25,355 nt of DNA from a virus (IMGVR_UViG_2563366824_000002:1-25355), one strand, 5' to 3'; shown: positions 1-7,925, counted from the stretch's first letter. Numbers and translations are program-made. The notes: generated by a model not told the origin, from the letters alone.

Positions 1-1164
1 TTACGCCTTCTTTATATCCTCCATAATTCCAGAGTGGGACATATTTGGGACATTATCACCAAAAATGTCGTCTATTTTCCTCGCATGCTCTGTCAAATGA
101 TTAGGCGCAAGGTGAGCATACCTACGAACCATTTCTATGGACTCCCATCCGCCCATTTCCTGAAGCACTGATAATGGGACGCCTGACTGAATCAGCCAGC
201 TTGCCCAGGTGTGTCTGAGGTCATGGAAACGGAAATCTTCAATTCCTGCACGACGACAAGCTGATAGCCATGATGTCTTGCTGTCGATGCGCATCTTCCT
301 GACCGCAGGCGTTGATGTTCCATCTGCTCGCTTAGCCGCCTTGGTATGTACAAACACCCATTTGTGATGCTTGCCTATTTGATCACGCAACACTTTACAG
401 GCGGTATCGTTCAGCGCCACACCAATGGCGCGGTTTGATTTGCTCTCTTCTGGATTCACCCAGGCAACTCGTCGCTGCATGTCGATTTGTTGCCATTCCA
501 GATTTATGATGTTCGACTTTCTCAGACCAGTTGCCAGCGCAAACTTGACGACAGATTTCAGTGGTTCGGGGCACTCATCAATAAGGCGTTTTGCTTCCTC
601 CTTTTCCAGCCATCTGACTCGCTTGTTTCTGACCGCTGGTATCTTGATGACAGGCGCTTTTTCCAGCCACTTCCAGTCGCGTTCTGCAGCACGGAGAATG
701 GCCTTTATCATGGCAAGATGCTTTGCCTTTGTCTGAGTTGATACTGGCTTTGGTTCATAAACAGGCGGTTCTTTACCTTTCCTGATGGCGGCCTGAACTT
801 TCTGTTTCCATATTTCTTTCGTCTTTCTGTTATGCATTCTGCTTACAGCAGAGTAAATCTTTGCCTCCGAGATATCTTTAAGCCTTATACCCTCAAAATG
901 TTCAAGCCAGAACTCAATCCGGCTTTTATCTGAATCGAGAGATTTTTTATCAGCTTTTTCCTCAAGCCATCTTAGGCAGGCCTCTTCAAAAGTGACATCA
1001 GGTAAATCCCCTAGCTTTTCTACTCGCCAGAGTTCTGCTTTTCGCTTGTCGTGCAACTCCTGAGCTTGCCGCTTGTCCTTTGTGCCAAGAGATTCCTTAA
1101 TTCGTTTCCCGCCCGGGAGCGAATACGAGGCATACCATATTTCATTTCTGCGGAAGAGTGACAT
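1..1164 (-). CDS. int: Tyrosine-recombinase phage integrase (DLP12 IntD-like, 387 aa)
   Basis: Full-length 387-aa ORF. C-terminal catalytic region carries the HDLRHTWAS and VRRYAHL motifs expected of the R-H-R-Y tyrosine recombinase fold. Leftmost gene, with its 5' end overlapped by the excisionase-like ORF as in lambdoid int-xis modules. Confidence 0.9.
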   Translation of the reverse strand: MSLFRRNEIWYASYSLPGGKRIKESLGTKDKRQAQELHDKRKAELWRVEKLGDLPDVTFEEACLRWLEEKADKKSLDSDKSRIEFWLEHFEGIRLKDISEAKIYSAVSRMHNRKTKEIWKQKVQAAIRKGKEPPVYEPKPVSTQTKAKHLAMIKAILRAAERDWKWLEKAPVIKIPAVRNKRVRWLEKEEAKRLIDECPEPLKSVVKFALATGLRKSNIINLEWQQIDMQRRVAWVNPEESKSNRAIGVALNDTACKVLRDQIGKHHKWVFVHTKAAKRADGTSTPAVRKMRIDSKTSWLSACRRAGIEDFRFHDLRHTWASWLIQSGVPLSVLQEMGGWESIEMVRRYAHLAPNHLTEHARKIDDIFGDNVPNMSHSGIMEDIKKA

Positions 1165-1391
1165 TTTCTTTCCTCTGTTATGCCATCACCCGCGCTCACC
1201 TGGACAGTATGCAGCGGAGACTGAAGCGCCGCAATGCAGGCTTGCCGTGTTGTGAGGTAAGGAGATTTTGGCTTGGTTGGATCTTTACGTGTTGCCTGTA
1301 GGCGGCCTGTTCGTATCCAGTTGGTGGCGGTTGGTCTGGATATCTTAAGAAACTGACAGGCCTCATCGAGTGTGAGGCTGTATGATTCCAT
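1020..1391 (-). CDS. xis: Excisionase-like HTH DNA-binding protein (Xis/AlpA type)
   Basis: ATG at 1391 is preceded by GAGG about 6 nt upstream on the minus strand. N-terminus [31 protein letters not shown] resembles the winged-helix excisionase fold. It overlaps the int 5' end in another frame. The length (123 aa) is longer than lambda Xis, so the true C-terminal extent is uncertain. Confidence 0.55.
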   Translation of the reverse strand: MESYSLTLDEACQFLKISRPTATNWIRTGRLQATRKDPTKPKSPYLTTRQACIAALQSPLHTVQVSAGDGITEERKCHSSAEMKYGMPRIRSRAGNELRNLLAQRTSGKLRSCTTSEKQNSGE

Positions 1392-1641
1392 GGTTACCTC
1401 TGCTTTTTGAACGCATGTCACGTAACTTCTTAATGTGTTCTGCCGTTTCGATCTCTTCTGCTATCCGATCTGCATCAGCTTTATTCACAGGTTCAAAGTC
1501 ATGATTAAAGCGGAACATGCTGGCGATACATGTTCTGCCTTTTCGGATGTAGTGAACTTTGTTGTGGGTAGAACGCAGGATTTTGCAGGGAGTGCCGTGG
1601 TGGTCGACGTACCAGGTGTTAGGAAAAATGATTCTGAACAT
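1363..1641 (-). CDS. Hypothetical protein (92 aa) in the int-proximal accessory region
   Basis: ORF with GAGGTG 7 nt upstream of the ATG at 1641 (minus strand); its 3' end overlaps the xis start by about 29 nt. I do not recognise the family. Confidence 0.35.
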   Translation of the reverse strand: MFRIIFPNTWYVDHHGTPCKILRSTHNKVHYIRKGRTCIASMFRFNHDFEPVNKADADRIAEEIETAEHIKKLRDMRSKSRGNHGIIQPHTR

Positions 1642-1688
1642 TTTTACACCTCAGTTGGACGATGTTGAAATTTGCTGCTTTGAGGCCA

Positions 1689-1907
1689 TCACAGTCCCCA
1701 TTGTTTGTTCTTAAGTTCGATCTCCTCCTGGCAACTAGCACAAGTCCGACAACCCTGAACAGCCAGGCGTCTTCGCTCATCTATCGGATCGCCACACTCA
1801 CAACAATGAGTTGCGGATACAGTCTGGTAGTTCAGACGACGCATTTTTATTGCTGTATTGCGCTGTAATTCTTCGATTTCTGATGCTGAATCAATGATGT
1901 CTGCCAT
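1689..1907 (-). CDS. TraR/DksA-family C4-type zinc-finger protein (72 aa)
   Basis: Contains CCECGDPIDERRRLAVQGCRTCASCQ, i.e. a CxxC-(17)-CxxC arrangement typical of TraR/DksA zinc fingers that bind the RNA polymerase secondary channel. Small acidic N-terminus. Confidence 0.7.
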   Translation of the reverse strand: MADIIDSASEIEELQRNTAIKMRRLNYQTVSATHCCECGDPIDERRRLAVQGCRTCASCQEEIELKNKQWGL

Positions 1908-1957
1908 CTTTCATTAATCCCTGAATTGTTGGTTAATACGCTTGAGGATGAATGCGA

Positions 1958-1984
1958 ACAATAAAAAAGGAGCCTGTAGCTCCC
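1958..1984 (-). terminator. Probable intrinsic terminator downstream of the DGQHR gene (minus strand)
   Basis: GGAGC-CTGTA-GCTCC hairpin (1969..1983) followed on the minus strand by TTTTTTATT, lying between the DGQHR ORF stop (2061) and the TraR-like ORF start (1907). Confidence 0.5.
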
Positions 1985-2060
1985 TGATGATTTTGCTTTT
2001 CATGTTCACCGTTCCTTAAAGACGCCGTACAGCATGCTGATATGAGACAATGTTGATTCA

Positions 2061-3125
2061 TTAAGTTGTTTCCAGACTTCCTTTGGTAAAAGCTTGTATC
2101 AGTCTGTTTGCTGCTGCTTTCTGCGCTGCCACATTGGCAATAACAGATAGTTTTTCCTGGCTGGCTTTCGTGCAGATCCCCGCCCAGTTATCCATCAGAA
2201 AAAAATCCTCTCTTTCTGCAGAGCTGGTAGTTGCACATAGTTTTTCGATCATAGAAGTTATTTCTGCGATGGAATGATTAACCATCATCTGTTGAACCGC
2301 AAAACCGAAAGCGTTAATCATTACTCCATGGAACTGAATATAATCGCGCTTGTACGTAGCGTGGTGTACACCATGTCGAATTGAGTCAATCTGAGTTAGT
2401 GTAATCCATGCCTCCCAGACAGATTCTATATATCCCATTTCAAGTTGTTGATTGCCGTTCCTAGCGAACTTTGACGTTGCATCAGTGAGTGCCTTGAAAC
2501 TCACCCACATATTACTTTTTAATGGCACTACGTTGTGTTCAAAATCGGTTATATCGGCAAATACAGTATGTTGGGTCAGGAAGGATATCATTCCCTGAGC
2601 AATATCATCCCGGCCGTTATACGCCATATTGATGGTCGCTGATGGCTTAGAAACGTTGTTATTTATGTCCGAAAAGAACTGCTGCCGGGTTTTTAGCGGC
2701 AGATTCATTGTAAGCATCATGGGAACCATGAGCGTTGATGGGGAACTTCGGCAAAATATCTCAATGCCAGCTGCACGATGTTGACCATCAAAAAGTTTTA
2801 TTTCGGCGTCGAGGGGAATTCTGGCTATACCAACATTTGTGTTGCCAAACGGTACAAATTCTATATTCGAATCACAGTTACCTACGAGAGGGGGAATGAT
2901 AAAAGGCTCATTTCTTGAGTCTGCGTTAGTGAGATAATTTAAAAATTTTCGTACTCGATTTGGATTAATTTCTCGCTGAGAGCGTTCCAGTGTATGGCCG
3001 TAATTATCTGAAGCGAGGAAACGAGCCAGCGATCTTCCTGGTATGGTAAGGAAGAGTGTAACAGTACCACCCTGTACACCTTGCGATGCCGGAAATTCGA
3101 ATGAATGATTACCAACCTGACTCAT
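2061..3125 (-). CDS. DGQHR-domain protein (DndB-like, ParB/sulfiredoxin superfamily), standalone, 354 aa
   Basis: Contains the exact motif FDGQHR (…IKLFDGQHRAAGIE…) about 110 aa from the N-terminus, the signature of DndB/DpdB-type DGQHR domains. Strong RBS (AGGAGG) 7 nt upstream of the ATG at 3125. Bracketed by a 150-bp gap to exo on one side and a hairpin terminator on the other. Visibly more AT-rich than the neighbouring exo/bet. Confidence 0.75.
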   Translation of the reverse strand: MSQVGNHSFEFPASQGVQGGTVTLFLTIPGRSLARFLASDNYGHTLERSQREINPNRVRKFLNYLTNADSRNEPFIIPPLVGNCDSNIEFVPFGNTNVGIARIPLDAEIKLFDGQHRAAGIEIFCRSSPSTLMVPMMLTMNLPLKTRQQFFSDINNNVSKPSATINMAYNGRDDIAQGMISFLTQHTVFADITDFEHNVVPLKSNMWVSFKALTDATSKFARNGNQQLEMGYIESVWEAWITLTQIDSIRHGVHHATYKRDYIQFHGVMINAFGFAVQQMMVNHSIAEITSMIEKLCATTSSAEREDFFLMDNWAGICTKASQEKLSVIANVAAQKAAANRLIQAFTKGSLETT

Positions 3126-3276
3126 ATATCCTCCTGTTTATTATTTATCTTCTCAGCCAGCCGCTGTGCTTTCAGTGGATTTCTGATAACAGAAAGGCCG
3201 GGAAATACCCAGCCTCGCTTTGTAATTGAGTAGACGAAAGTGATCGCGCCTACCCGGATATTATCGTGAGGATGCG

Positions 3277-3957
3277 TCATCGCCATTGCTCCCCAAATAC
3301 AAAACCAATTTCAGCCAGTGCCTCGTCCATTTTTTCGATGAACTCCGGCACCATCTCGTCAAAACTCGCTATGTACTTTTCATCCCGCTCAACCACGACA
3401 TAATGCAGGCCTTCACGCTTCATACGCGGGTCATAGTTGGCAAAGTACCAGGCATCTTTTCGCGTCACCCACATGCTGTACTGCACCTGGGCCATGTAAG
3501 CCGACTTTATGGCCTCGAAACCACCGAGCCGGAACTTCATGAAATCCCGGGAGGTAAACGGGCATTTCAGCTCAAGGCCATTGCCGTCACTGCATAAACC
3601 ATCGGGAGAGCAGGCGGTGCGCATACTTTCGTCGCGATAGATGATCGGGGATTCAATAACATTTACGCCGGAAGTGAACTCAAACAGGGTTCTGGCGTCG
3701 TTCTCGTACTGTTTTCCCCAGGCCAGCGCTTTAGCGTTAACTTCCGGAGCCACACCGGTGCAAACCTCAGCCAGCAGGGTGTGGAAGTAGGACATTTTCA
3801 TGTCAGGCCACTTCTTTCCTGATCGGGGCTTTGCTATCACGTTGTGAACTTCTGAAGCGGTGATGACGCCGAGCCGTAATTTGTGCCATGCATCATCCCC
3901 CTGTTCGACAGCTCTCACGTCGATCCCGGTACGCTGCAGGATAATGTACGGTGTCAT
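3277..3957 (-). CDS. exo: Lambda-type exonuclease (Red-alpha, 226 aa)
   Basis: Translation is near-identical over its whole length to phage lambda Exo as I recall it ([64 protein letters not shown]…FVFGEQWR). Four-nt overlap with bet. Confidence 0.95.
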   Translation of the reverse strand: MTPYIILQRTGIDVRAVEQGDDAWHKLRLGVITASEVHNVIAKPRSGKKWPDMKMSYFHTLLAEVCTGVAPEVNAKALAWGKQYENDARTLFEFTSGVNVIESPIIYRDESMRTACSPDGLCSDGNGLELKCPFTSRDFMKFRLGGFEAIKSAYMAQVQYSMWVTRKDAWYFANYDPRMKREGLHYVVVERDEKYIASFDEMVPEFIEKMDEALAEIGFVFGEQWR

Positions 3958-4739
3958 GCTGCCACCTTCTGCTCAGTGGCTTTCTGTTTCAGGAATCCAA
4001 GAGCTTTCACTGCTTCGGCCTGTGTCAGTTCTGACGATGCGCGAATGTCGCGGCGAAATATCTGGGAACAGAGCGGCAATAAGTCGTCATCCCATGTTTT
4101 ATCCAGGGCAATCAGCAGAGTGTTAATCTCCTGCATGGTTTCATCGTTAACCGGAGTGATGTCGCGTTCCGGCTGACGTTCTGCAGTGTATGCGGTATTT
4201 TCGACAATGCGCTCGGCTTCATCCTTGTCATAGATACCAGCAAATCCGAAGGCGAGACGGGCACACTGAATCATGGCTTTATGCCGTAACATCCGTTTGG
4301 GATGCGACTGCCACGGCCCCGTGATTTCTCTGCCTTCGCGGGTTTTGAATGGTTCGCGGCGGCATTCATCCATCCACTCGGTAACGCAGATCGGATGATT
4401 GCGGTCTTTGCGGTAAATCCGGCATGTGCAGGATTCGTTGTCCTGTTCAAAGTCCATGCCGTCAAACTGCTGGTTTTCGTTGATGATGCGGGACCAGCCA
4501 TCAACGCCCACCACCGGAACGATGCCGTTCTGCTTATCGGGGAAGGCGTAAATTTCTTTCGTCCACGGATTAAGGCCGTATTGGTTGGCGACGATCAGCA
4601 ATGCGGTGAACTGCGCATCGCTGGCATCGCCTTTAAATGCTGTCTGGCGAAGAGTGGTGATCAGTTCCTGTGGGTCGACAGAATCCATGCCGACACGTTC
4701 AGCCAGCTTCCCAGCCAGCGTTGCGAGTGCTGTACTCAT
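3954..4739 (-). CDS. bet: Lambda-type single-strand annealing protein Beta (Red-beta, 261 aa)
   Basis: Translation [38 protein letters not shown]… matches lambda Bet essentially throughout. Confidence 0.95.
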   Translation of the reverse strand: MSTALATLAGKLAERVGMDSVDPQELITTLRQTAFKGDASDAQFTALLIVANQYGLNPWTKEIYAFPDKQNGIVPVVGVDGWSRIINENQQFDGMDFEQDNESCTCRIYRKDRNHPICVTEWMDECRREPFKTREGREITGPWQSHPKRMLRHKAMIQCARLAFGFAGIYDKDEAERIVENTAYTAERQPERDITPVNDETMQEINTLLIALDKTWDDDLLPLCSQIFRRDIRASSELTQAEAVKALGFLKQKATEQKVAA

Positions 4740-4744
4740 CCGTT

Positions 4745-5041
4745 TTATACCTCTGAATCAATATCAACCTGGTGGTGAGCAATGGTTTCAACCATGTACC
4801 GGATGTGTTCTGCCATGCGCTCCTGAAACTCAACATCGTCATCAAACGCACGGGTAATGGCTTTTTTGCTGGCCCCGTGGCGTTGCAAATGATCGATGCA
4901 TAGCGATTAAAACAGGTGCTGGGGCAGGCCTTTTTCCATGTCGTCTGCAAGTTCTGCCTCTTTCTCTTCACGGGCGATCTGCTGGTAGTGACGCGCCCAG
5001 CTCTGAGCCTCAAGACGATCCTGAATGTAATAAGCGTTCAT
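4745..5041 (-). pseudogene. gam: gam (RecBCD inhibitor, GamS-length) interrupted by an in-frame TAA
   Basis: Minus-strand reading from the ATG at 5041 gives [44 protein letters not shown], then TAA at 4907..4909, then in frame [15 protein letters not shown]…[10 protein letters not shown] to the stop at 4745..4747. Lambda has GAA (Glu) at this codon; here it is TAA. Both halves are under 60 aa, so the gene is absent from the ORF track. Confidence 0.8.
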
Positions 5042-5179
5042 GGATAAACTCCTGAAATTTTGATGTGCGGATCCAGACAGTGCGTTAACTGCATAGTTGT
5101 TTGAATGAACTCGCTTGATTAATCAAAATGTTGGATCACACTATGTCTTGCTCAAAATCTGATAAATAAGGTGTCTAGA

Positions 5180-5485
5180 ATGCTGATTGATAAGTTAAAG
5201 TCTTCTCCGATGTACCCAACCGCAGAAATGGGTAAGCAGTCGAAAAAGAATCATTGGTATGTAAGGGAAAAGGGGAGTGATCAACCGCAAGACCAGACCT
5301 GGAGAGCTTGGTGGGAATCTCGCTCGCTTGGCAAAGGCCATATCAATTGGAGATCTACATGCGTAGCAGAAAATGTACTCGATCCATTCAATCCGCCATC
5401 TCGGTTTGAGGTTGATTTCAAAGCCCCTGATGGGAGTATCTACAACCTTGAATTTGCTTTGGCTCCACACGGCCCAAACAAGTGA
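5180..5485 (+). CDS. Hypothetical protein (about 101 aa), rightward-oriented in the leftward early operon region
   Basis: ATG at 5180 with AAGG about 9 nt upstream. Product is Trp-rich and charged (MLIDKLKSSPMYPTAEMGKQSKKNHWYVREKG…) with no recognisable family. An alternative minus-strand ORF (5195..5470) covers the same DNA, so the coding strand is ambiguous. Confidence 0.35.
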   Translation: MLIDKLKSSPMYPTAEMGKQSKKNHWYVREKGSDQPQDQTWRAWWESRSLGKGHINWRSTCVAENVLDPFNPPSRFEVDFKAPDGSIYNLEFALAPHGPNK

Positions 5486-5489
5486 GTAG

Positions 5490-5780
5490 TTAGTGGCTCA
5501 GACCACCGCCAGTACCATTCAGGTAAACCTCCACGAGCAAATCTTTTGTGTACGTTCGTTCGATGCCGCGATGCAAGTAAAGCCGACCGCGCAAATTAGC
5601 TGATGCCGTCCAGGTACCATCTTTGTGTTTAACCAGCATACCTGGCCGGACGGCACCGCGATTAACGGTCTGAGTTCCGTAATGTTGATGAACCATAAAA
5701 ACTCCTGCCCGTAAGCTGGGCTGCTGAACATATAGAGACTTCTGCGCGTATTCAGGCGGTGCATGGCCGCCGGTTGTCAT
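5490..5780 (-). CDS. Hypothetical protein (96 aa), first ORF downstream of the putative P_L
   Basis: ATG at 5780 with GAGG about 10 nt upstream. Codon usage looks E. coli-like (CTG, GGT, CGC). It occupies the position taken by N in lambda but has no arginine-rich N-terminal motif. Family not recognised. Confidence 0.35.
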   Translation of the reverse strand: MTTGGHAPPEYAQKSLYVQQPSLRAGVFMVHQHYGTQTVNRGAVRPGMLVKHKDGTWTASANLRGRLYLHRGIERTYTKDLLVEVYLNGTGGGLSH

Positions 5781-5976
5781 AACTAAGCCGCCTCGTTGAA
5801 GCGACTAAGGTATGAAATGTTGAGTTAATTTCAGCTGGTCACACCGACGTTCACGCGTCCGTTTCACCCCTCGCACTCCCCGAAGCCTGCTGAAATTCAA
5901 ACTGTGGATCTAAGCGGTCATCGCAACGGTGAATCAGGTAGTTGCCGTATCGTTGTGTTGTTGCGATGAACTTATT

Positions 5977-6050
5977 TAAAACTATAGTTGTTTTATCGTT
6001 AACAACAAAAGTTGTTTTATTGGTTGTTTTAGATATAACTGGTTGTATTT
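5977..6050. promoter_or_regulatory. Putative O_L operator cluster and P_L
   Basis: Clustered dyad-like repeats built from AACAAC / GTTGTT half-sites (AAAACTATAGTTGTTTT, AACAACAAAAGTTGTTTT, TGGTTGTTTT, ACTGGTTGT). The same half-site family recurs in the cI-cro intergenic region. Confidence 0.5.
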
Positions 6051-6291
6051 AGGATGGATTTATTTTGTGACTTGAATCGCATAGCGATAACTGAAGCGAG
6101 GTTATGGTGGTTTTTTTAACGGTGTGTGTGATGAGGGGAGGGCAAAAGAAAACCCGGCACGGTGACCGGGATTCTTACGCCGTTAGGTAAAGATATTATT
6201 GCGGTGGCTTAATATTACTACCTAGAGCAAAGATAGGAATTAGTTCTTTACTGAATGAGCACAATGCCCAGTTGATAATTTTTAATTGGTA

Positions 6292-6981
6292 CTACCCATG
6301 CTTCCTATATGTCTGCGGCATGCTCCCAATAACCTTACCGAAGATGAACACCCGGTTCATCTCGTCTTTCTCGATCGGGTCCCACGGTGAGTAGCTTTTG
6401 TTATCAGAGATGACCAGCAGCTTATCCTTCATCATTTGCAGGCGCTTTACATGGGCTGTGTCGTCGTACAGAAACGCATAGATACCATCACCGTCGAAAG
6501 ATTTAACTGTGATATCAACGAACAGCAGATCACCTGGTTCGATCGTTCCTGACATGCTGTCACCACGCACGTTAATGATGCGGATATTTTCCGCCTTCCT
6601 ACCATCGAACATGTGACGAGCATCGTCAAACGAGTACTCAACCGAGCGTAGAACTTCTACAAACTCACGGTTGATGACTCCCGGCCCAGCACTGACTTCT
6701 ATATCAAGAACGTCAATCTTGAAGTATTTGGAATGGCTGACAGTTGATTGTATTGGTTGCACTGTACTGTCTGACATATTTCCAACGCCAGAAGATAACC
6801 ATTCTGCGCGCACACCCAAAGCGTTCGCGATCTCCACGATTTTAGTTGTTTGATTAGCTTTCCCTGTTTCGATTTTCTGAATAGCAGCCTGGCTAACCCC
6901 GACCAAATCCCCAAGCGCCTTTTGTGTAAGGCCTCGCGCTAATCTGGCTTCTTTAAGTCTTTCTGAGAGTGTTGTTTTCAT
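6292..6981 (-). CDS. cI: CI-like prophage repressor (N-terminal XRE HTH, C-terminal S24 LexA-like autopeptidase)
   Basis: From MKTTLSERLKEARLARGLTQKALGDLVGVSQAAIQKIETGK (HTH). Ala-Gly cleavage site in EVSAGPG. S24 motifs RGDSMSGTIEPGDLLFVD (Ser) and HVKRL (Lys). The ATG at 6981 sits about 10 bp from the first operator, compatible with a leaderless P_RM-type transcript; the longer ORF-track start at 7047 lies inside the operators and is rejected. Confidence 0.85.
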   Translation of the reverse strand: MKTTLSERLKEARLARGLTQKALGDLVGVSQAAIQKIETGKANQTTKIVEIANALGVRAEWLSSGVGNMSDSTVQPIQSTVSHSKYFKIDVLDIEVSAGPGVINREFVEVLRSVEYSFDDARHMFDGRKAENIRIINVRGDSMSGTIEPGDLLFVDITVKSFDGDGIYAFLYDDTAHVKRLQMMKDKLLVISDNKSYSPWDPIEKDEMNRVFIFGKVIGSMPQTYRKHG

Positions 6982-6987
6982 AGTCCA

Positions 6988-7056
6988 AATGTACAACCAA
7001 GGTTTTATTCCATCAAACGAAAATGGTTGTTGACTAAAAACAACCATAGTTTTAAT
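6988..7056. promoter_or_regulatory. Putative O_R operator cluster with divergent P_RM / P_R
   Basis: GTACAACCAAGGTTTTAT and the inverted repeat ATGGTTGTT-GACTAAA-AACAACCAT (7023..7047) lie between the divergent repressor and Cro-like genes. Confidence 0.55.
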
Positions 7057-7085
7057 CTTGATTCAAATTAACCACGGAGGTTGTT

Positions 7086-7316
7086 ATGAACCCAGCTATC
7101 AAAACAGCGATCAGTATCGTTGGTTCACAAAAGAAACTGGGCGCTGCTTGCAAAGTTTCACAGCAGGCCGTCTATAAGTGGCTTCACAACAAAGCAAAGG
7201 TATCCCCTGAACATGTCGGCAGCATTGTTACGGCTACTGGTGGAGTAGTGAAGGCATACCAGATTCGCCCGGATCTTCCGAAGTTGTTTCCACACACCGA
7301 AAAGAACGCAGCTTAA
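7086..7316 (+). CDS. cro: Cro-like HTH regulator (YdaS-like, 76 aa)
   Basis: Divergent from cI, with GGAGG 6 nt upstream. Small HTH protein (…KKLGAACKVSQQAVYKWLHNKAKVSPEH…) resembling the Cro/YdaS family. Confidence 0.75.
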   Translation: MNPAIKTAISIVGSQKKLGAACKVSQQAVYKWLHNKAKVSPEHVGSIVTATGGVVKAYQIRPDLPKLFPHTEKNAA

Positions 7317-7328
7317 ATTTCCATTTCA

Positions 7329-7341
7329 CGCTCTTTAACAA
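7329..7341 (+). promoter_or_regulatory. boxA-like antitermination element (candidate nutR)
   Basis: CGCTCTTTAACAA immediately downstream of cro matches the boxA consensus (CGCTCTTTA / rrn TGCTCTTTAACAA) and is at the nutR position of lambdoid phages. No convincing boxB hairpin was identified. Confidence 0.4.
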
Positions 7342-7385
7342 TAAGCAATCAACTTAACAGTCAATTCAAACTAAAGGAGTCAATT

Positions 7386-7925
7386 ATGCAACCACTTACA
7401 TACCAACAGACTAGCGGATTTAGCCCGACTGCGGTGATAAATCGTTCTCAAACAAAACAGGTGCCAGGCCACGAAAAAATCCGTGATGCCGTCCGCGCCT
7501 GGTCGGCTGTAGATAATCAGGATGTCGTTGCCACACTCATTGTGAATGAGTATCGGGAGCAGGGCGGCGGCACCATCGATTTCCCTGATGATGTCAGCCG
7601 TGCACGCCAGAAGCTGTTCCGCTTCCTCGATAACAAATTCGATTCTGAAAAATACCGAAATAACGTGCGTGAACTGACCCCGGCAATTCTGGCGGTACTA
7701 CCGCTGGAATATCGCGGTTACCTGGTTGAGCAGGATAGCTTCATGGCTAGGTTGGCTGAAATGGAAAAGGAACTCAGTGAGGCAAAACAGGCTGTCATTC
7801 TCAACGCACCACGCCACCAGAAACTGAAGGAAATTAGTGAAGGTATTGTGTCGATGTTTCGTGTGGACCCAGATCTGGCTGGTCCATTGATGGCGATGGT
7901 TACTACCATGCTGGGGGCGATATGA
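7386..7925 (+). CDS. YdaT-like protein in the cII position (179 aa)
   Basis: AAGGAG RBS. The segment TPAILAVLPLEYRGYL resembles what I recall of Rac YdaT. It sits between the Cro-like gene and O, where lambda encodes CII. Confidence 0.55.
   Translation: MQPLTYQQTSGFSPTAVINRSQTKQVPGHEKIRDAVRAWSAVDNQDVVATLIVNEYREQGGGTIDFPDDVSRARQKLFRFLDNKFDSEKYRNNVRELTPAILAVLPLEYRGYLVEQDSFMARLAEMEKELSEAKQAVILNAPRHQKLKEISEGIVSMFRVDPDLAGPLMAMVTTMLGAI

Noticed and set aside
425-741. Two plus-strand ORFs (103 and 84 aa) inside the integrase gene
   Set aside because: Antisense to a well-supported full-length integrase, with no RBS or recognisable domain.
4302-4857. Plus-strand ORFs of 158 and 90 aa overlapping bet and gam
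   Set aside because: Antisense to lambda-identical bet; compositional artefacts.
4699-5013. 104-aa minus-strand ORF with a TTG start spanning the gam region
   Set aside because: It is an out-of-frame reading across gam. The gam frame itself reproduces lambda Gam apart from one stop codon.
5519-5764. Alternative 81-aa minus-strand frame with an Arg-containing N-terminus (MHRLNTRRSLY…) as a possible N-like antiterminator
   Set aside because: It has no real arginine-rich motif comparable to lambda, 21 or P22 N proteins, and it overlaps the better-supported 96-aa frame. Kept only as an open possibility under the antitermination finding.
6982-7047. N-terminal 22-aa extension of the repressor ORF back to 7047
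   Set aside because: The extension would run through the operator/promoter region. The internal Met at 6981 gives a canonical HTH N-terminus.
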